DNA from: Promethearchaeota archaeon
Lineage (GTDB): Archaea > Asgardarchaeota > Lokiarchaeia > Sigyniarchaeales > SOKP01
Reading direction: 5' to 3'
DNA length: 19,537 bases
Assembly (NCBI GenBank): GCA_008080735.1
Contig: SHMW01000080.1
Span: forward strand, 1 to 19,537
Position numbers and translations under genes: made by a program. This document shows, in pieces, positions 1-9,622 of the stretch. The notes below the pieces were generated by a model. It saw only the letters and a list, made by a program, of their open reading frames with translations, was not told where the DNA came from and searched no databases. Position 1 is the stretch's first letter. Every line of letters begins with the position of its first letter.

Positions 1-640
1 TTAATCTAAAACAGCTCTAACTCGTTTTTTTATTTTATCATTAAGATTATAAATCTAAATTTTCATAATTTAATTCTAAAACTATAGATGCGCTGAAAAA
101 TTGGATAATAAATTAAATATAAACTAATTAAATATTAGAAAAAGCAAAAATGAAGAATTCATATTTCACCATAATTTAGTTTTAGAATCAGTGAAATTGC
201 TTAAATAATATTATCTTTAGTAGATTTTCATCCCTCATCGGAAATTTTTCAATTAAATTTCTAATTATTTTATCTTTATACAATAAAAACATCGTGTTTT
301 CAATTAGTATTTTTGATACTTTGTTCATATTTAAAAAGCTTCCTATATCAAATAAAACTAATTGTTCTTTAATCTTTTTTTCGTTGAATTCTTACAAGGT
401 TTTTGATCATAAATGGTCTTTCTATTTTAAGAATTCATTAAGAATAGAGTTCTTAATTTTTGTTTCGATTAATTGGAACTAAACTTTTATAAGTAAAAAA
501 AGAGAAATAAGATTTATCATACAATTTTAATCGAAATCTTTGGAAAAATCAAAATTTTAGAGAGAAATTTATCTGAATTTATGACTTTTCCAACAACTTT
601 TGAATTAAATTAAAATATAATTAATTTAGAGGTGGATAAA

Positions 641-2791
641 TTGTCGAAACCTGATGAAAATTTACAAGAATTTACTTTAAAATCGATTGCATTAGACACT
701 GGAGGGACTATGACCGATTCATTCATTATCGATGATAAGGGGAATTTTTCTGTAGGAAAAGCACAAACCACTCCAAGTGAAGAATATAGAGGCATATTGA
801 ACTCAATTAATGATTCTCTTATTCCATGGAAATTAACTATTGATAATGCTGCGTTAGGTGTAGATGCATTAGTATATTCGGGAACAGCGATGCTTAATCG
901 TCTTTTAGAAAGAGAAGGAAATTCTAACATAGGTGTTATAGTTAACGCGGGATTTGAGGATCTTCATAGACTTGGGCGCGCCCTTCAATGTTGGATTTGG
1001 CTTGATTATGGGGGACGATTACATGCGCGAGAGCATGAACACCCAGAACCACTTATACCTCATAAAAATGTAAAAGGGGTTAGGGGGCGTATCAATTTTT
1101 GGGGAGAAGAACTCATTCCATTGTATAAGGACGAAGCAGAACAAGCTGTTAATGATCTATTAGACATAGGAGTTGATAGTATATGCGTCTGCTTATTGTG
1201 CTCTTATATGAATCCCAGGCATGAAAAACAGATAGCACGAATAGCTAAAAAAGCGATGAAAAAACGTAATAATGACATCCCAGTTGTATTATCAAGTGAA
1301 CATAATCCCGTTAGGGGGGAAACACCAAGATTAAATGCACTCCTTATAGAACAATATGCTGCAGAACCATCTCGCGCTCAAATGATAAACATCGCAGAAA
1401 CTTTAAAACAGAAAGGTGTTCCAGCTCCGCTAAGAATATTGACCTCTTACGGCGGTACAATCTCTCCCTATCATAAAAGTCTTATCCCAACCATGGTATC
1501 CGGTCCTATTGGAGGGATGATTGGCACAAAATTTCTAGCAGAAAAGTATAATATCACAAATTTAGTCTCTTCGGACGTAGGTGGAACGAGTTTTGATGTT
1601 GGAATTTTAAGTCAACGATATATCCCCACAAAATGGGAATCCAGTTTAGGACGATTCATATTAAATATACCTATGATTGCGCTCGATTCGATTGGTGCGG
1701 GAACAGGTATGTATGTGAGATACAATGATATCTCTGGAAGATTGGAATTTGGACCGGAAAGTGCCGGATATTTGATTGGTGTATGTAATGAAGATTCTGG
1801 GATCGAAACCGTCACTATGACGGATTGTAGTCTCATTTTAGGATATATAAATCCGGACTATTTCTTAGGTGGGAAAATTGCGCTCAATAAGGAGAGAGCT
1901 TATCAATATATAGAAGAGCAAATAGCAGATCCTTTAAATTCGGATGCATATAGTACTGCACGAGGGGCATTGGATTTGATTGAAATCAATATGAAAAACC
2001 ATCTTAATGGGATGATTCAAGGATTAGGATTCAGACCAGAAAATTATACCTTAGTTTCGTTCGGTGGAGGAGGTCCACTTCATGTTGCTGGATATGCAAG
2101 TGGCTTAAAATTTGAGGATATATTAATTCCCGAATGGGCGGCAGCATTCAGTGCGTTTGGGTGCGCGTGTGCAGATCATTCATATCGTCACGAAAAATCT
2201 GTTGATTTAATAATAACACCCGATGGGAGTTTAACAGATGCGGTCGCAATGATGCTAAACGCAACATGGTCTCAACTTAAAAAAGACATTCAAAAAGAAT
2301 TTAAAAAAGAAGGAAGAGACCCAGAAGAGATGATCTTTCAACCCTCTTTACGAATACAATATTTAGGTATGCTGGATGATTTAGAAGTGGAATCGCCCAT
2401 GGAAACTATAAAACCCGAAGATCTTTCAATTCTGACAAAAAAATATGATGATCTTTTCGAAAAAGTATTCAAACGAGGCACAAAAAGCCCAGAACTTGGA
2501 TATCATATAACTAAAGCTGTTGCCACTGGAATTGTACCTGTCCCAAAACCTAAATTACCAGAAGAACAAGAAATAAGTAAAAGTCCTCCAGAATCGGCAT
2601 CGAAAGGGTATAGAGATATATATTGGAGAGATGGGTGGCATGAAGCCGCCTTATGGGAAATGAATCTACTTGAATGCGGGAATATTATTGATGGTCCGTC
2701 CATAGTCGAAGCACCCGCCACCACTTTATTAATCGCTCCCGGATACAGAGTCAAATTAGATAAACACAGAATATTTCATATGGAGGTATAA
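641..2791 (+). CDS. acxA: Acetone carboxylase beta subunit (hydantoinase A/oxoprolinase family, ATP-binding)
   Basis: Family motifs DTGGTMTD, SGPIGG, DVGGTSFDVG, GPESAG, FGGGGPLH and GPSIVEAPATT. It is followed by alpha- and gamma-subunit genes. Start placed at TTG 641 because the track's GTG (632) is part of the Shine-Dalgarno-like GAGGTG at 629-634. Confidence 0.88.
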   Translation: MSKPDENLQEFTLKSIALDTGGTMTDSFIIDDKGNFSVGKAQTTPSEEYRGILNSINDSLIPWKLTIDNAALGVDALVYSGTAMLNRLLEREGNSNIGVIVNAGFEDLHRLGRALQCWIWLDYGGRLHAREHEHPEPLIPHKNVKGVRGRINFWGEELIPLYKDEAEQAVNDLLDIGVDSICVCLLCSYMNPRHEKQIARIAKKAMKKRNNDIPVVLSSEHNPVRGETPRLNALLIEQYAAEPSRAQMINIAETLKQKGVPAPLRILTSYGGTISPYHKSLIPTMVSGPIGGMIGTKFLAEKYNITNLVSSDVGGTSFDVGILSQRYIPTKWESSLGRFILNIPMIALDSIGAGTGMYVRYNDISGRLEFGPESAGYLIGVCNEDSGIETVTMTDCSLILGYINPDYFLGGKIALNKERAYQYIEEQIADPLNSDAYSTARGALDLIEINMKNHLNGMIQGLGFRPENYTLVSFGGGGPLHVAGYASGLKFEDILIPEWAAAFSAFGCACADHSYRHEKSVDLIITPDGSLTDAVAMMLNATWSQLKKDIQKEFKKEGRDPEEMIFQPSLRIQYLGMLDDLEVESPMETIKPEDLSILTKKYDDLFEKVFKRGTKSPELGYHITKAVATGIVPVPKPKLPEEQEISKSPPESASKGYRDIYWRDGWHEAALWEMNLLECGNIIDGPSIVEAPATTLLIAPGYRVKLDKHRIFHMEV

Positions 2792-2794
2792 TAA

Positions 2795-5011
2795 ATGGAA
2801 AATAATAATATTGGTTGGCAAGGTAAAAGCTTAAAGCAAATGCTTCATGAAAGTGATGAATATATTGGACAAACTGGAAATTATTACGGAATTGATAGGT
2901 TAAGCTTAAAACAAAAAAATCCATTCAGATATGAACGTGCATATGCAAGTCTGCGGGGAGCGTTAGTTTCGGCTCGAGAAACCGCTTTGCACGTAGCAGC
3001 ATCTCCAATTGTAAAAGAAATAGGCGAATTATGTTTTGCATTATATTCTCCCGAAGGAGATTCGATAGTGGTCTCAACAGGAATCCTCGTACATGTACAT
3101 ACAATGAGTGAAGCTATCAAATTCATGATCCAAGAAGGATATGAAGAGGATCCTGGTATTAATCCAGGAGATATATTCTTAAATAATGATCCTGAATGTG
3201 GAAATGTACACACTACAGATGTTCAGACGATAATACCGATCTTTTGGAGAGGCGAACTAATTGGTTGGGCTGGGGGGGTTACTCATCAAATTGATACGGG
3301 GGGAATTACTCCAGGGCATGATTTAGTTGCTGCTGTACAGCGATTCGATGACGGAGTATATTATACTTGTCGCAAAATTGGATCCAATGATAAAATTTGG
3401 AAAGATCATATGATAAATGCCCGTAGATCTGTACGAACACCTTTATACTGGGAACTTGATGAGAAATGCAGGTTAGCGGGGAATCTCATGATAAGGGACG
3501 CAGTTCTTGATTTTATTGAAAAAGAAGGGTTAGATTATTATAAACAATTCATACGTGAAGCAATAGAGGAGGGGAGACGAATCGTTCTAAAACGGGTGAA
3601 AGAACGATTGATACCAGGTATATATCGAGCAGCTTCATTTTTCGATGTTCCTTTTAAAGAGGAGGCATGGCAACCTCGAGCAAAGATGAATAAAATAACA
3701 AATGAACCGATTGAAATAATTATAGATAAGGATGGTGGACTTTCAATTGATTTTGAAGGAGCAAGCGGTCCTGGACCAAATCCAATGAACTGCGGAAAAG
3801 GTGCAATGGAAGGCGGGCAGTGGGTACTGTTAACTCAGATTTTAATTTATGGGGATAAAGTGAATGATGGAGCTTATTTTGCTGTCAAGAAGAATTATCC
3901 CCTTGGGACTTGGTGTAATCCTGGAGACCCTTATTTGAGCTATCAGAGCCCGTGGGGTAATTTAATCCCGGCGTATACGGGAATGATGAAATGTCTGTCA
4001 TTTGGATTATTTTCTCGAGGTTATCGTGAAGAAGTGGTTCCCGGGTATGGATTCACAGGCGATGCGATTCAAGGAGGGGGAGTATATTCAAGTGGACCTC
4101 TCAAAGGAGACAGATGGGCGTTATCAACATTTGAGATAAGTGGTCAAGGATTAGGGGCGAGTGCGGTAAGGGATGGGTTAGATTGGGGTTATGCGATGTG
4201 GAACCCAGAATCTGATCTAGGAGATGTCGAAACGTGGGAATTATTTCAAGGGGGGATTCCTTATTTATCGCGCAAAATTAAACCGAATACAGCTGGGCAT
4301 GGTAAATTCAGGGGTGGAGCAAATTATGCTGGCGTTGCAATGATTGCCAACTCTGAAGATGTAGACTTTTTTGGGGCTCGTGATGGGCTTTCATTTCACG
4401 GCTCCGGAGGAATGCACGGTGGATACCCCCATGCTACGGGATATCGATTAATCGCAAAAAATACAAACCTTAAAGAACTAATTGATAACCAAGAGAAATA
4501 TCCTTTAGGAGATCCCGATCCTAGCGATGGTGAATTTGAAAGGATGCTCCAAGCAGATATTACAAGAAAACCTTACGCTTCTATATACCCAGTAACATTA
4601 AATAACTATGATATGGTGCATTTTGCACTTAGTGGTGGGCCGGGATATGGTGATCCGTTAGAGAGACAGTTGGATCTCATTCAGAAAGACCTTAATGATG
4701 GGATCTATACAGAGGATATTGTTTATAATGTCTATGGCGCTGTCGCGAGATATGATGAAGAAACTAAGAACTGGGCAATTGAAGAGGTAGAAACTGCAGA
4801 AAGACAAGAAGAATTAAAGAGAGAAAGAGAGAATAAATCGATGACTTATGAAGAATTTTGGCAATATGAGAGGGATAAGATTACACAGAATAAGCTCGGA
4901 GAACACATAACACGGATGTACTCAGAAAGTATTAAGCTCTCGGACAAGTGGAGAAAGCATTTTCTAGAATTTTGGGATCTTCCCAAAAATTTCGAAATGG
5001 AGGTGAATTAA
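2795..5011 (+). CDS. acxB: Acetone carboxylase alpha subunit (hydantoinase B family, metal-binding catalytic subunit)
   Basis: ASPIVKEIGELCFALY, GNVHTTD, WAGGVTHQIDTG, QRFDDG, GHGKFRGG and GGPGYGDPLER resemble AcxB. Glu/His/Asp/His candidate metal ligands are present. SD GGAGGT at 2782-2787. Confidence 0.9.
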   Translation: MENNNIGWQGKSLKQMLHESDEYIGQTGNYYGIDRLSLKQKNPFRYERAYASLRGALVSARETALHVAASPIVKEIGELCFALYSPEGDSIVVSTGILVHVHTMSEAIKFMIQEGYEEDPGINPGDIFLNNDPECGNVHTTDVQTIIPIFWRGELIGWAGGVTHQIDTGGITPGHDLVAAVQRFDDGVYYTCRKIGSNDKIWKDHMINARRSVRTPLYWELDEKCRLAGNLMIRDAVLDFIEKEGLDYYKQFIREAIEEGRRIVLKRVKERLIPGIYRAASFFDVPFKEEAWQPRAKMNKITNEPIEIIIDKDGGLSIDFEGASGPGPNPMNCGKGAMEGGQWVLLTQILIYGDKVNDGAYFAVKKNYPLGTWCNPGDPYLSYQSPWGNLIPAYTGMMKCLSFGLFSRGYREEVVPGYGFTGDAIQGGGVYSSGPLKGDRWALSTFEISGQGLGASAVRDGLDWGYAMWNPESDLGDVETWELFQGGIPYLSRKIKPNTAGHGKFRGGANYAGVAMIANSEDVDFFGARDGLSFHGSGGMHGGYPHATGYRLIAKNTNLKELIDNQEKYPLGDPDPSDGEFERMLQADITRKPYASIYPVTLNNYDMVHFALSGGPGYGDPLERQLDLIQKDLNDGIYTEDIVYNVYGAVARYDEETKNWAIEEVETAERQEELKRERENKSMTYEEFWQYERDKITQNKLGEHITRMYSESIKLSDKWRKHFLEFWDLPKNFEMEVN

Positions 5012-5012
5012 A

Positions 5013-5507
5013 TTGCCAAAATATGATAAAAGGACATTAGAGCGTTTAATTGAAGGAGAGCTTAAATGGGATGAATTAAAGCTGATAATTGGTGATGATA
5101 AGGATCCGAATCGATTTGATATGATCTTAGATATCCTACAAGATAAAGTCCCATGGGAAGAGAAAATTATTTTGCCTCTCCATGAACATTTACATATTGT
5201 CGCTAAAGATGGCACTCGAATTATAAAATGCGATTGTGGACATGAATTCGGAGATTATAGAGAAAATTGGAAAAAGAAGTGCCGAATACGGGTCAGAGAT
5301 ACTATTGAGGAAATAAATGAGCTTTATCCGAAAGATATGGGATGCGATCCTAACTGGATGGAAATTAGGGAATATTATTGTCCAGGATGCTTCACTCTCT
5401 TAGAAGCGGAGAGCGTACCCCCTGCTTATCCGTTGGTTTTTAATTTTTTTCCTGAAATCGATGTGTTCTATGAAGAATGGTTAGGAAGAAAAGCCCCCGA
5501 TAGATAA
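5013..5507 (+). CDS. acxC: Acetone carboxylase gamma subunit (Zn-binding)
   Basis: KCDCGHEFGDYRENWK, REYYCPGC and PPAYP..FNFFPEIDVFYEEWLG are typical of AcxC. TTG start preceded by GGAGGTGA (4999-5006). Confidence 0.92.
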   Translation: MPKYDKRTLERLIEGELKWDELKLIIGDDKDPNRFDMILDILQDKVPWEEKIILPLHEHLHIVAKDGTRIIKCDCGHEFGDYRENWKKKCRIRVRDTIEEINELYPKDMGCDPNWMEIREYYCPGCFTLLEAESVPPAYPLVFNFFPEIDVFYEEWLGRKAPDR

Positions 5508-5568
5508 ACAAGAATCTGAAAATTATTTAATCTTTTTTTATCTTCTATTTTCGTTATGATATGAGGTT

Positions 5569-5853
5569 TTAAGGATTTAGGGATAAATTCTTTTGTCGAT
5601 CTTGATTAACTTTAACCAAATCAACTTTTTTCAGATGATTAATAATTTCTGATCGGTTTCTACTGTCTGATAGAATTTTAGGAATATTTTTCTCTAAGAT
5701 GATAAGATTATCCTTAGCAACTTCGTGGAAAAAATCATCTTCACTGTAATTTAGTTCAAATATCTGAGCCAATCCAGATAAAATTACTTTAATTTGATTA
5801 AATGATTCAATCAAATTAACTGAATCTTTTGTTTCTATTTCGTTAGAAAACAT
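5569..5853 (-). CDS. Hypothetical protein, 94 aa, predicted helical
   Basis: ATG-started ORF filling an otherwise empty region, with natural composition and a TATA-like element (minus strand of 5896-5910) upstream. No motif recognised. Confidence 0.6.
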   Translation of the reverse strand: MFSNEIETKDSVNLIESFNQIKVILSGLAQIFELNYSEDDFFHEVAKDNLIILEKNIPKILSDSRNRSEIINHLKKVDLVKVNQDRQKNLSLNP

Positions 5854-5928
5854 AGTGATAATAAACTTTGAATTAATTATAGATAAAAATAGTCGTTATT
5901 TATATATAAGTTTGCAGAATTCCGTACA

Positions 5929-6213
5929 TTGAAAGTTGTTAATTTCCGAATTCCTTATCATGTAATTTCGTTCTGTGCGAAATCTGTCGACTAATAGATT
6001 CTGTTGATTTATCCATTGCTCATGGTATTAGAGATCGTAATTCCTCTCTTAACTATTAGCAGAATTATATAATCATTAGTAGCTTTAAGCAGTATAATGT
6101 TGGAAACATTCATTACTTATAACGGGATCATTTCTATAATCAGCATTTTTATACTAATTCAGATAGTATATTTAAGGGATACTCATTATAATAGATTAAG
6201 TGGAACTTTTTAA
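5929..6213 (+). pseudogene. Possible decayed membrane-protein gene fragment
   Basis: One frame reads LKVVNFRIPYHVISFCAKSVD**ILLIYPLLMVLEIVIPLLTISRII*SLVALSSIMLETFITYNGIISIISIFILIQIVYLRDTHYNRLSGTF*. Hydrophobic stretches are interrupted by three stops. It could equally be AT-rich noise. Confidence 0.2.
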
Positions 6214-6329
6214 CAATCGACCATTTTCTTGTCCTAATAGGAGAAATAATTTCCTTTATTGAAATATAAAAAAAATTACATAAATTTTTCGATTTAGTCA
6301 GATTTGATTAAACCTAGATTTTGAATTTC

Positions 6330-6357
6330 AAAATTGAAAAAATCTTATTTCAATTTT
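6330..6357. repeat. 10-bp perfect inverted repeat (AAAATTGAAA-N8-TTTCAATTTT), possible operator
   Basis: Arms at 6330-6339 and 6348-6357, about 95 nt upstream of the 6453 ATG. Low complexity weakens it. Confidence 0.35.
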
Positions 6358-6452
6358 TTAACCAAATAATAGGCTATATTAGTAAGATTTAAATAGATTA
6401 AAGATGAACTTTACATCACCAATAAATAAAAAATAAGAAGAGTGAAAAAAAT

Positions 6453-6662
6453 ATGACGATTCCAGATTTAGGTGGTATATTTACCATGATGTGGCTGTGG
6501 ATTCTTATTCCTGTTGTCATTTTTTATATTGTAGGAATCCTTCTAGCTATTTGGGTATATAAGGACGCTCAAAAAAGAGATATGAACGCTACTGTGTGGT
6601 TATTAATAGTATTGTTGACTGGGTGTCTCGGTTGTATCATATATTTAGTCGTACGTGATTAA
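6453..6662 (+). CDS. Small two-TM membrane protein, PLDc N-terminal-like
   Basis: Pattern TM-WVYKDAQKRDMNATVW-TM-GCLGCIIYLVVR resembles the PLDc_N-type hairpin common in archaeal membrane proteins. Confidence 0.8.
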   Translation: MTIPDLGGIFTMMWLWILIPVVIFYIVGILLAIWVYKDAQKRDMNATVWLLIVLLTGCLGCIIYLVVRD

Positions 6663-6724
6663 GTCCTCAAGTAATAACTTCATAAAAATCAATTAACTTC
6701 TTTTTTTATTTTTCACATTAAAAA

Positions 6725-7372
6725 ATGGCGGGAAATATAATCAAATTAGAGGGAACAATAAAGGAACTAACCAAATCAGAATCGGGAAATTATTCTTTTC
6801 TATTAGAGGATGATAACGATAATATTCATTATTGTTTTGCCTTAAGAAAAAAACCAATAGGAGTTCCCTCTGATAGAGTAGAATTAATCGGAATAAAAAC
6901 TAAAAGCGACAAAGTTAGAATTGAATATTTAAAAAATATCTCTAAAAATGAATCATTTGATATATCGGAGAAAAGTTTTAACTGGATGTATTCAGTTGCA
7001 CTTATTATGACAATTATTATGAGTGGTCTTACAATTTATGCTGTATTCACATTTACGAGTTCTTTTAGTGCGTTAAGTGATCCCTATAATTATTCGGGTA
7101 TTAGTAATTTTATCTTTTCAATTCTATTTTTAGTTATTGGACCAATAGGGGCGATAATTAGCGGAGCATTGACATATTTCTTTTCGAGATCAAAAAGATC
7201 TGATGATCAAGTTGCTAAATACATTTCTGATATTGAATCTAAACCTGTCAAACCGATTACTGAATCCAAAGAAGAGAAAACAGAATTTGAGGCAAAAAAG
7301 TACTGTTCAAGTTGTGGTTCATCTGTTCCTCAAGGAGCTAAATTCTGTCCAATATGTGGTTCAAAAATATAA
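6725..7372 (+). CDS. Membrane protein with N-terminal beta-rich (OB-fold-like) domain, 2 TM helices and C-terminal zinc ribbon
   Basis: Two hydrophobic segments and C-terminal YCSSCGSSVPQGAKFCPICGSKI (CxxC-x10-CxxC). The OB-like call is a pattern guess. Confidence 0.82.
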   Translation: MAGNIIKLEGTIKELTKSESGNYSFLLEDDNDNIHYCFALRKKPIGVPSDRVELIGIKTKSDKVRIEYLKNISKNESFDISEKSFNWMYSVALIMTIIMSGLTIYAVFTFTSSFSALSDPYNYSGISNFIFSILFLVIGPIGAIISGALTYFFSRSKRSDDQVAKYISDIESKPVKPITESKEEKTEFEAKKYCSSCGSSVPQGAKFCPICGSKI

Positions 7373-7397
7373 ATTAAAAAATTTTAAAATCTATTTT

Positions 7398-7970
7398 ATG
7401 AATATAAGGCATAAATTTCAACGTATTAAATTATTCTTTAGTGATATTAGACCAATTCTATTATCGCATCATCCTAATTGTGAGAAATTTTCTGAACACG
7501 TCTATGTTCTGGGAAAGTATAAATTATGCATAGGATGTTTTACCTATTACCCCACAATTCTCATAACAATCATCTTGAGTTTAATTTTTTTTGATATGAA
7601 CCCACAAACAATTATCACACTATTCTTTTCATCTTTTCTCTTTTTTTTACCACTTATTCTTAATTTTTTAGAACTAACTAAGTTTAAAATCTTGAAAATC
7701 CTTACTAAAGTTTCAATCGGTATTGGAACGGGTTGGTATATTCTAGCTATTATTTATATACCATTTCTCCCTTTAATAATAAAAATTTTCTCAATTATGG
7801 AAGTTAGCTTTTTTACAGGTGTAATTGCTTACATAAGAGCGAATAGAATTGAAAAAGATTGCTTAGAATGTGAATATAAAAAGGATTGGGAACATTGTCC
7901 GGGAATGTCGAAAATTACGAAGAATCTATATCTTCATGGTTTCAAAAAAAGGGAAAAACTTGTACCTTAG
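7398..7970 (+). CDS. Four-TM membrane protein with His/Cys motifs, DUF2085-like
   Basis: LSHHPNC...H...LCIGC before four TM segments, and C-terminal CLEC-x8-CPG. Start moved to ATG 7398, since the track's 7203 start overlaps the upstream gene by 170 nt. Confidence 0.75.
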   Translation: MNIRHKFQRIKLFFSDIRPILLSHHPNCEKFSEHVYVLGKYKLCIGCFTYYPTILITIILSLIFFDMNPQTIITLFFSSFLFFLPLILNFLELTKFKILKILTKVSIGIGTGWYILAIIYIPFLPLIIKIFSIMEVSFFTGVIAYIRANRIEKDCLECEYKKDWEHCPGMSKITKNLYLHGFKKREKLVP

Positions 7971-8084
7971 ATTTTTTATTAAAAAATTCCCTAAAAAATA
8001 ATAAAAATTAAGATTCCTTTTTAGTAATATACAACTTTTTTAATCAAATAGAGATTTGTTTAAAGAATAGGGTAGCAAAACCAA

Positions 8085-9569
8085 ATGACAACTGAAAAAA
8101 AAGTGCGCAAAAAAAGCAAGATTTCAAATATATTTGGCACTAGTGGAATTAGAAAAATTTTTCTAAATTATAGCGAAAACGATTTAATGTTTACTCCCCA
8201 TATGGCTTTAGATGTGGGATTAGCGTTAGGAACATATCTAAACCGCAAGACATCTAAATTTCCTAATGGAACTACAGTTGTAATTGGACGAGATATACGT
8301 ATGTCCGCGCTTCCCATCGAATATGCGCTGATCTCTGGATTAATTAGCGCGGGATGTACTGTAAAAACATTAGGAATCGTCACCACCCCTACATTAGCGA
8401 TATCTTTAGAATTAATGGATGCTGATGCTGGATGTATGATTACTGCCAGCCATAATACTCCGGAATACATAGGGCTAAAATTTTGGAATCCTTCAGGGAT
8501 GGGATTTACCCCCGATCAAGAAGAAGAAATTTCCAGAATATATGAAGAAAAGAACTTTATTAAGACAGAATGGGATCAAGTCGGAAAAGTTACCACTATC
8601 AACGATATCAATGACTCCCATATATATCAGATTACGGAAAAAATTAAGTTCAATGGAAAGAATTTGAATATTATTGTTGATCCTGGGAATGGTTCGAGTT
8701 GCGAAATCGTTCCAAAATTGCTAAGCAGTTATAATATTAATCTGACAACGCTTAATGCGAATATGGACGGACATTTTCCTGGAAGACATAGTGAACCGAG
8801 TAAGGAAAATTTAATCCAAATTTCAAAATTTTTAAAAACCTCTCAGGTTGAGGACATCGGTTTAGCTCTTGATGGAGATGCTGACAGAATCATTTTTCTA
8901 GATGAGGAGGGAGAAATAATAGATCCTATAAGACTTTTAGCTCTTATGGCGAAATATGAACTCCAGAAGGAGGATGGAGGGATTATAAATGGGAGAAACA
9001 AAATTATTGTAACTCCAATAAACTCATCAAGCTTATTAGAGGATGTTTTAAATCCCTTAGGCTGTGAGGTTGAACGATGTGAAGTAGGAGACATTAAGGT
9101 AGCTATAGCGTTAAAGGAAAAAAACGGGTTTTTAGGAGGAGAAAATTCAGGAACTTATATCTGGCCGGATATCCATTATGGACCAGACTCTATCGCCACT
9201 ATAGCACGGGTTTTAAAGATGATGGTGCAAGAAGATAAAAGTCTGAGGCAATTATTAGAAAATATTCCGAAATATCCATTCTATCGTCAAAGTTATCGAT
9301 TAAAGAAGGATATTCCATTCTCAGATGAAATTAATCAAAATATCATAACTATAATGAAGAATACGTTTGAATATCTGGGAAATGAAGTATTAAGAATTAA
9401 TAGGATGGACGGAGTACGATTTGATTATGATGAAGGCTGGATGTTAATAAGAAGATCGGGAACGAGTCCGTATCTTAGAATTTCGGGTGAATCCAATATA
9501 AATATGGAGAAATCTGTAGAAATAAATAAAATCGCTACACAAAAAATGAGGGAATTAGACTTAATTTAG
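8085..9569 (+). CDS. glmM: Alpha-D-phosphohexomutase (phosphoglucosamine mutase / phosphomannomutase)
   Basis: FGTSGIR, ITASHN (phosphoserine), DGDADR (metal loop), GGENSG (sugar loop), RRSGTSP (phosphate loop). Substrate specificity (GlmM vs PMM/PGM) cannot be resolved by eye. Confidence 0.9.
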   Translation: MTTEKKVRKKSKISNIFGTSGIRKIFLNYSENDLMFTPHMALDVGLALGTYLNRKTSKFPNGTTVVIGRDIRMSALPIEYALISGLISAGCTVKTLGIVTTPTLAISLELMDADAGCMITASHNTPEYIGLKFWNPSGMGFTPDQEEEISRIYEEKNFIKTEWDQVGKVTTINDINDSHIYQITEKIKFNGKNLNIIVDPGNGSSCEIVPKLLSSYNINLTTLNANMDGHFPGRHSEPSKENLIQISKFLKTSQVEDIGLALDGDADRIIFLDEEGEIIDPIRLLALMAKYELQKEDGGIINGRNKIIVTPINSSSLLEDVLNPLGCEVERCEVGDIKVAIALKEKNGFLGGENSGTYIWPDIHYGPDSIATIARVLKMMVQEDKSLRQLLENIPKYPFYRQSYRLKKDIPFSDEINQNIITIMKNTFEYLGNEVLRINRMDGVRFDYDEGWMLIRRSGTSPYLRISGESNINMEKSVEINKIATQKMRELDLI

Positions 9570-9622
9570 AACCTATTCAATGTTAATTTAGTAGACATTA
9601 ATATCCTTATTTATTTTTTCCA

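Noticed and set aside
294-482. 62-aa plus-strand ORF in the track
   Set aside because: GTG start and F/S/I-rich composition typical of AT-rich or antisense noise; no motif.
632-5011. Annotation as hydantoinase or 5-oxoprolinase
   Set aside because: Same superfamily, but the adjacent AcxC-type gamma subunit and AcxB-like motifs favour the acetone carboxylase clade.
610-5215. Minus-strand ORFs 610-930, 1612-1836, 2503-2754, 2884-3213 and 4964-5215
   Set aside because: Antisense shadows of the well-supported acx genes.
7203-7397. N-terminal 65 aa of the 255-aa ORF, or a frameshift fusion with the zinc-ribbon gene
   Set aside because: It overlaps a complete gene with a natural C-terminus, and ATG 7398 gives a clean start.
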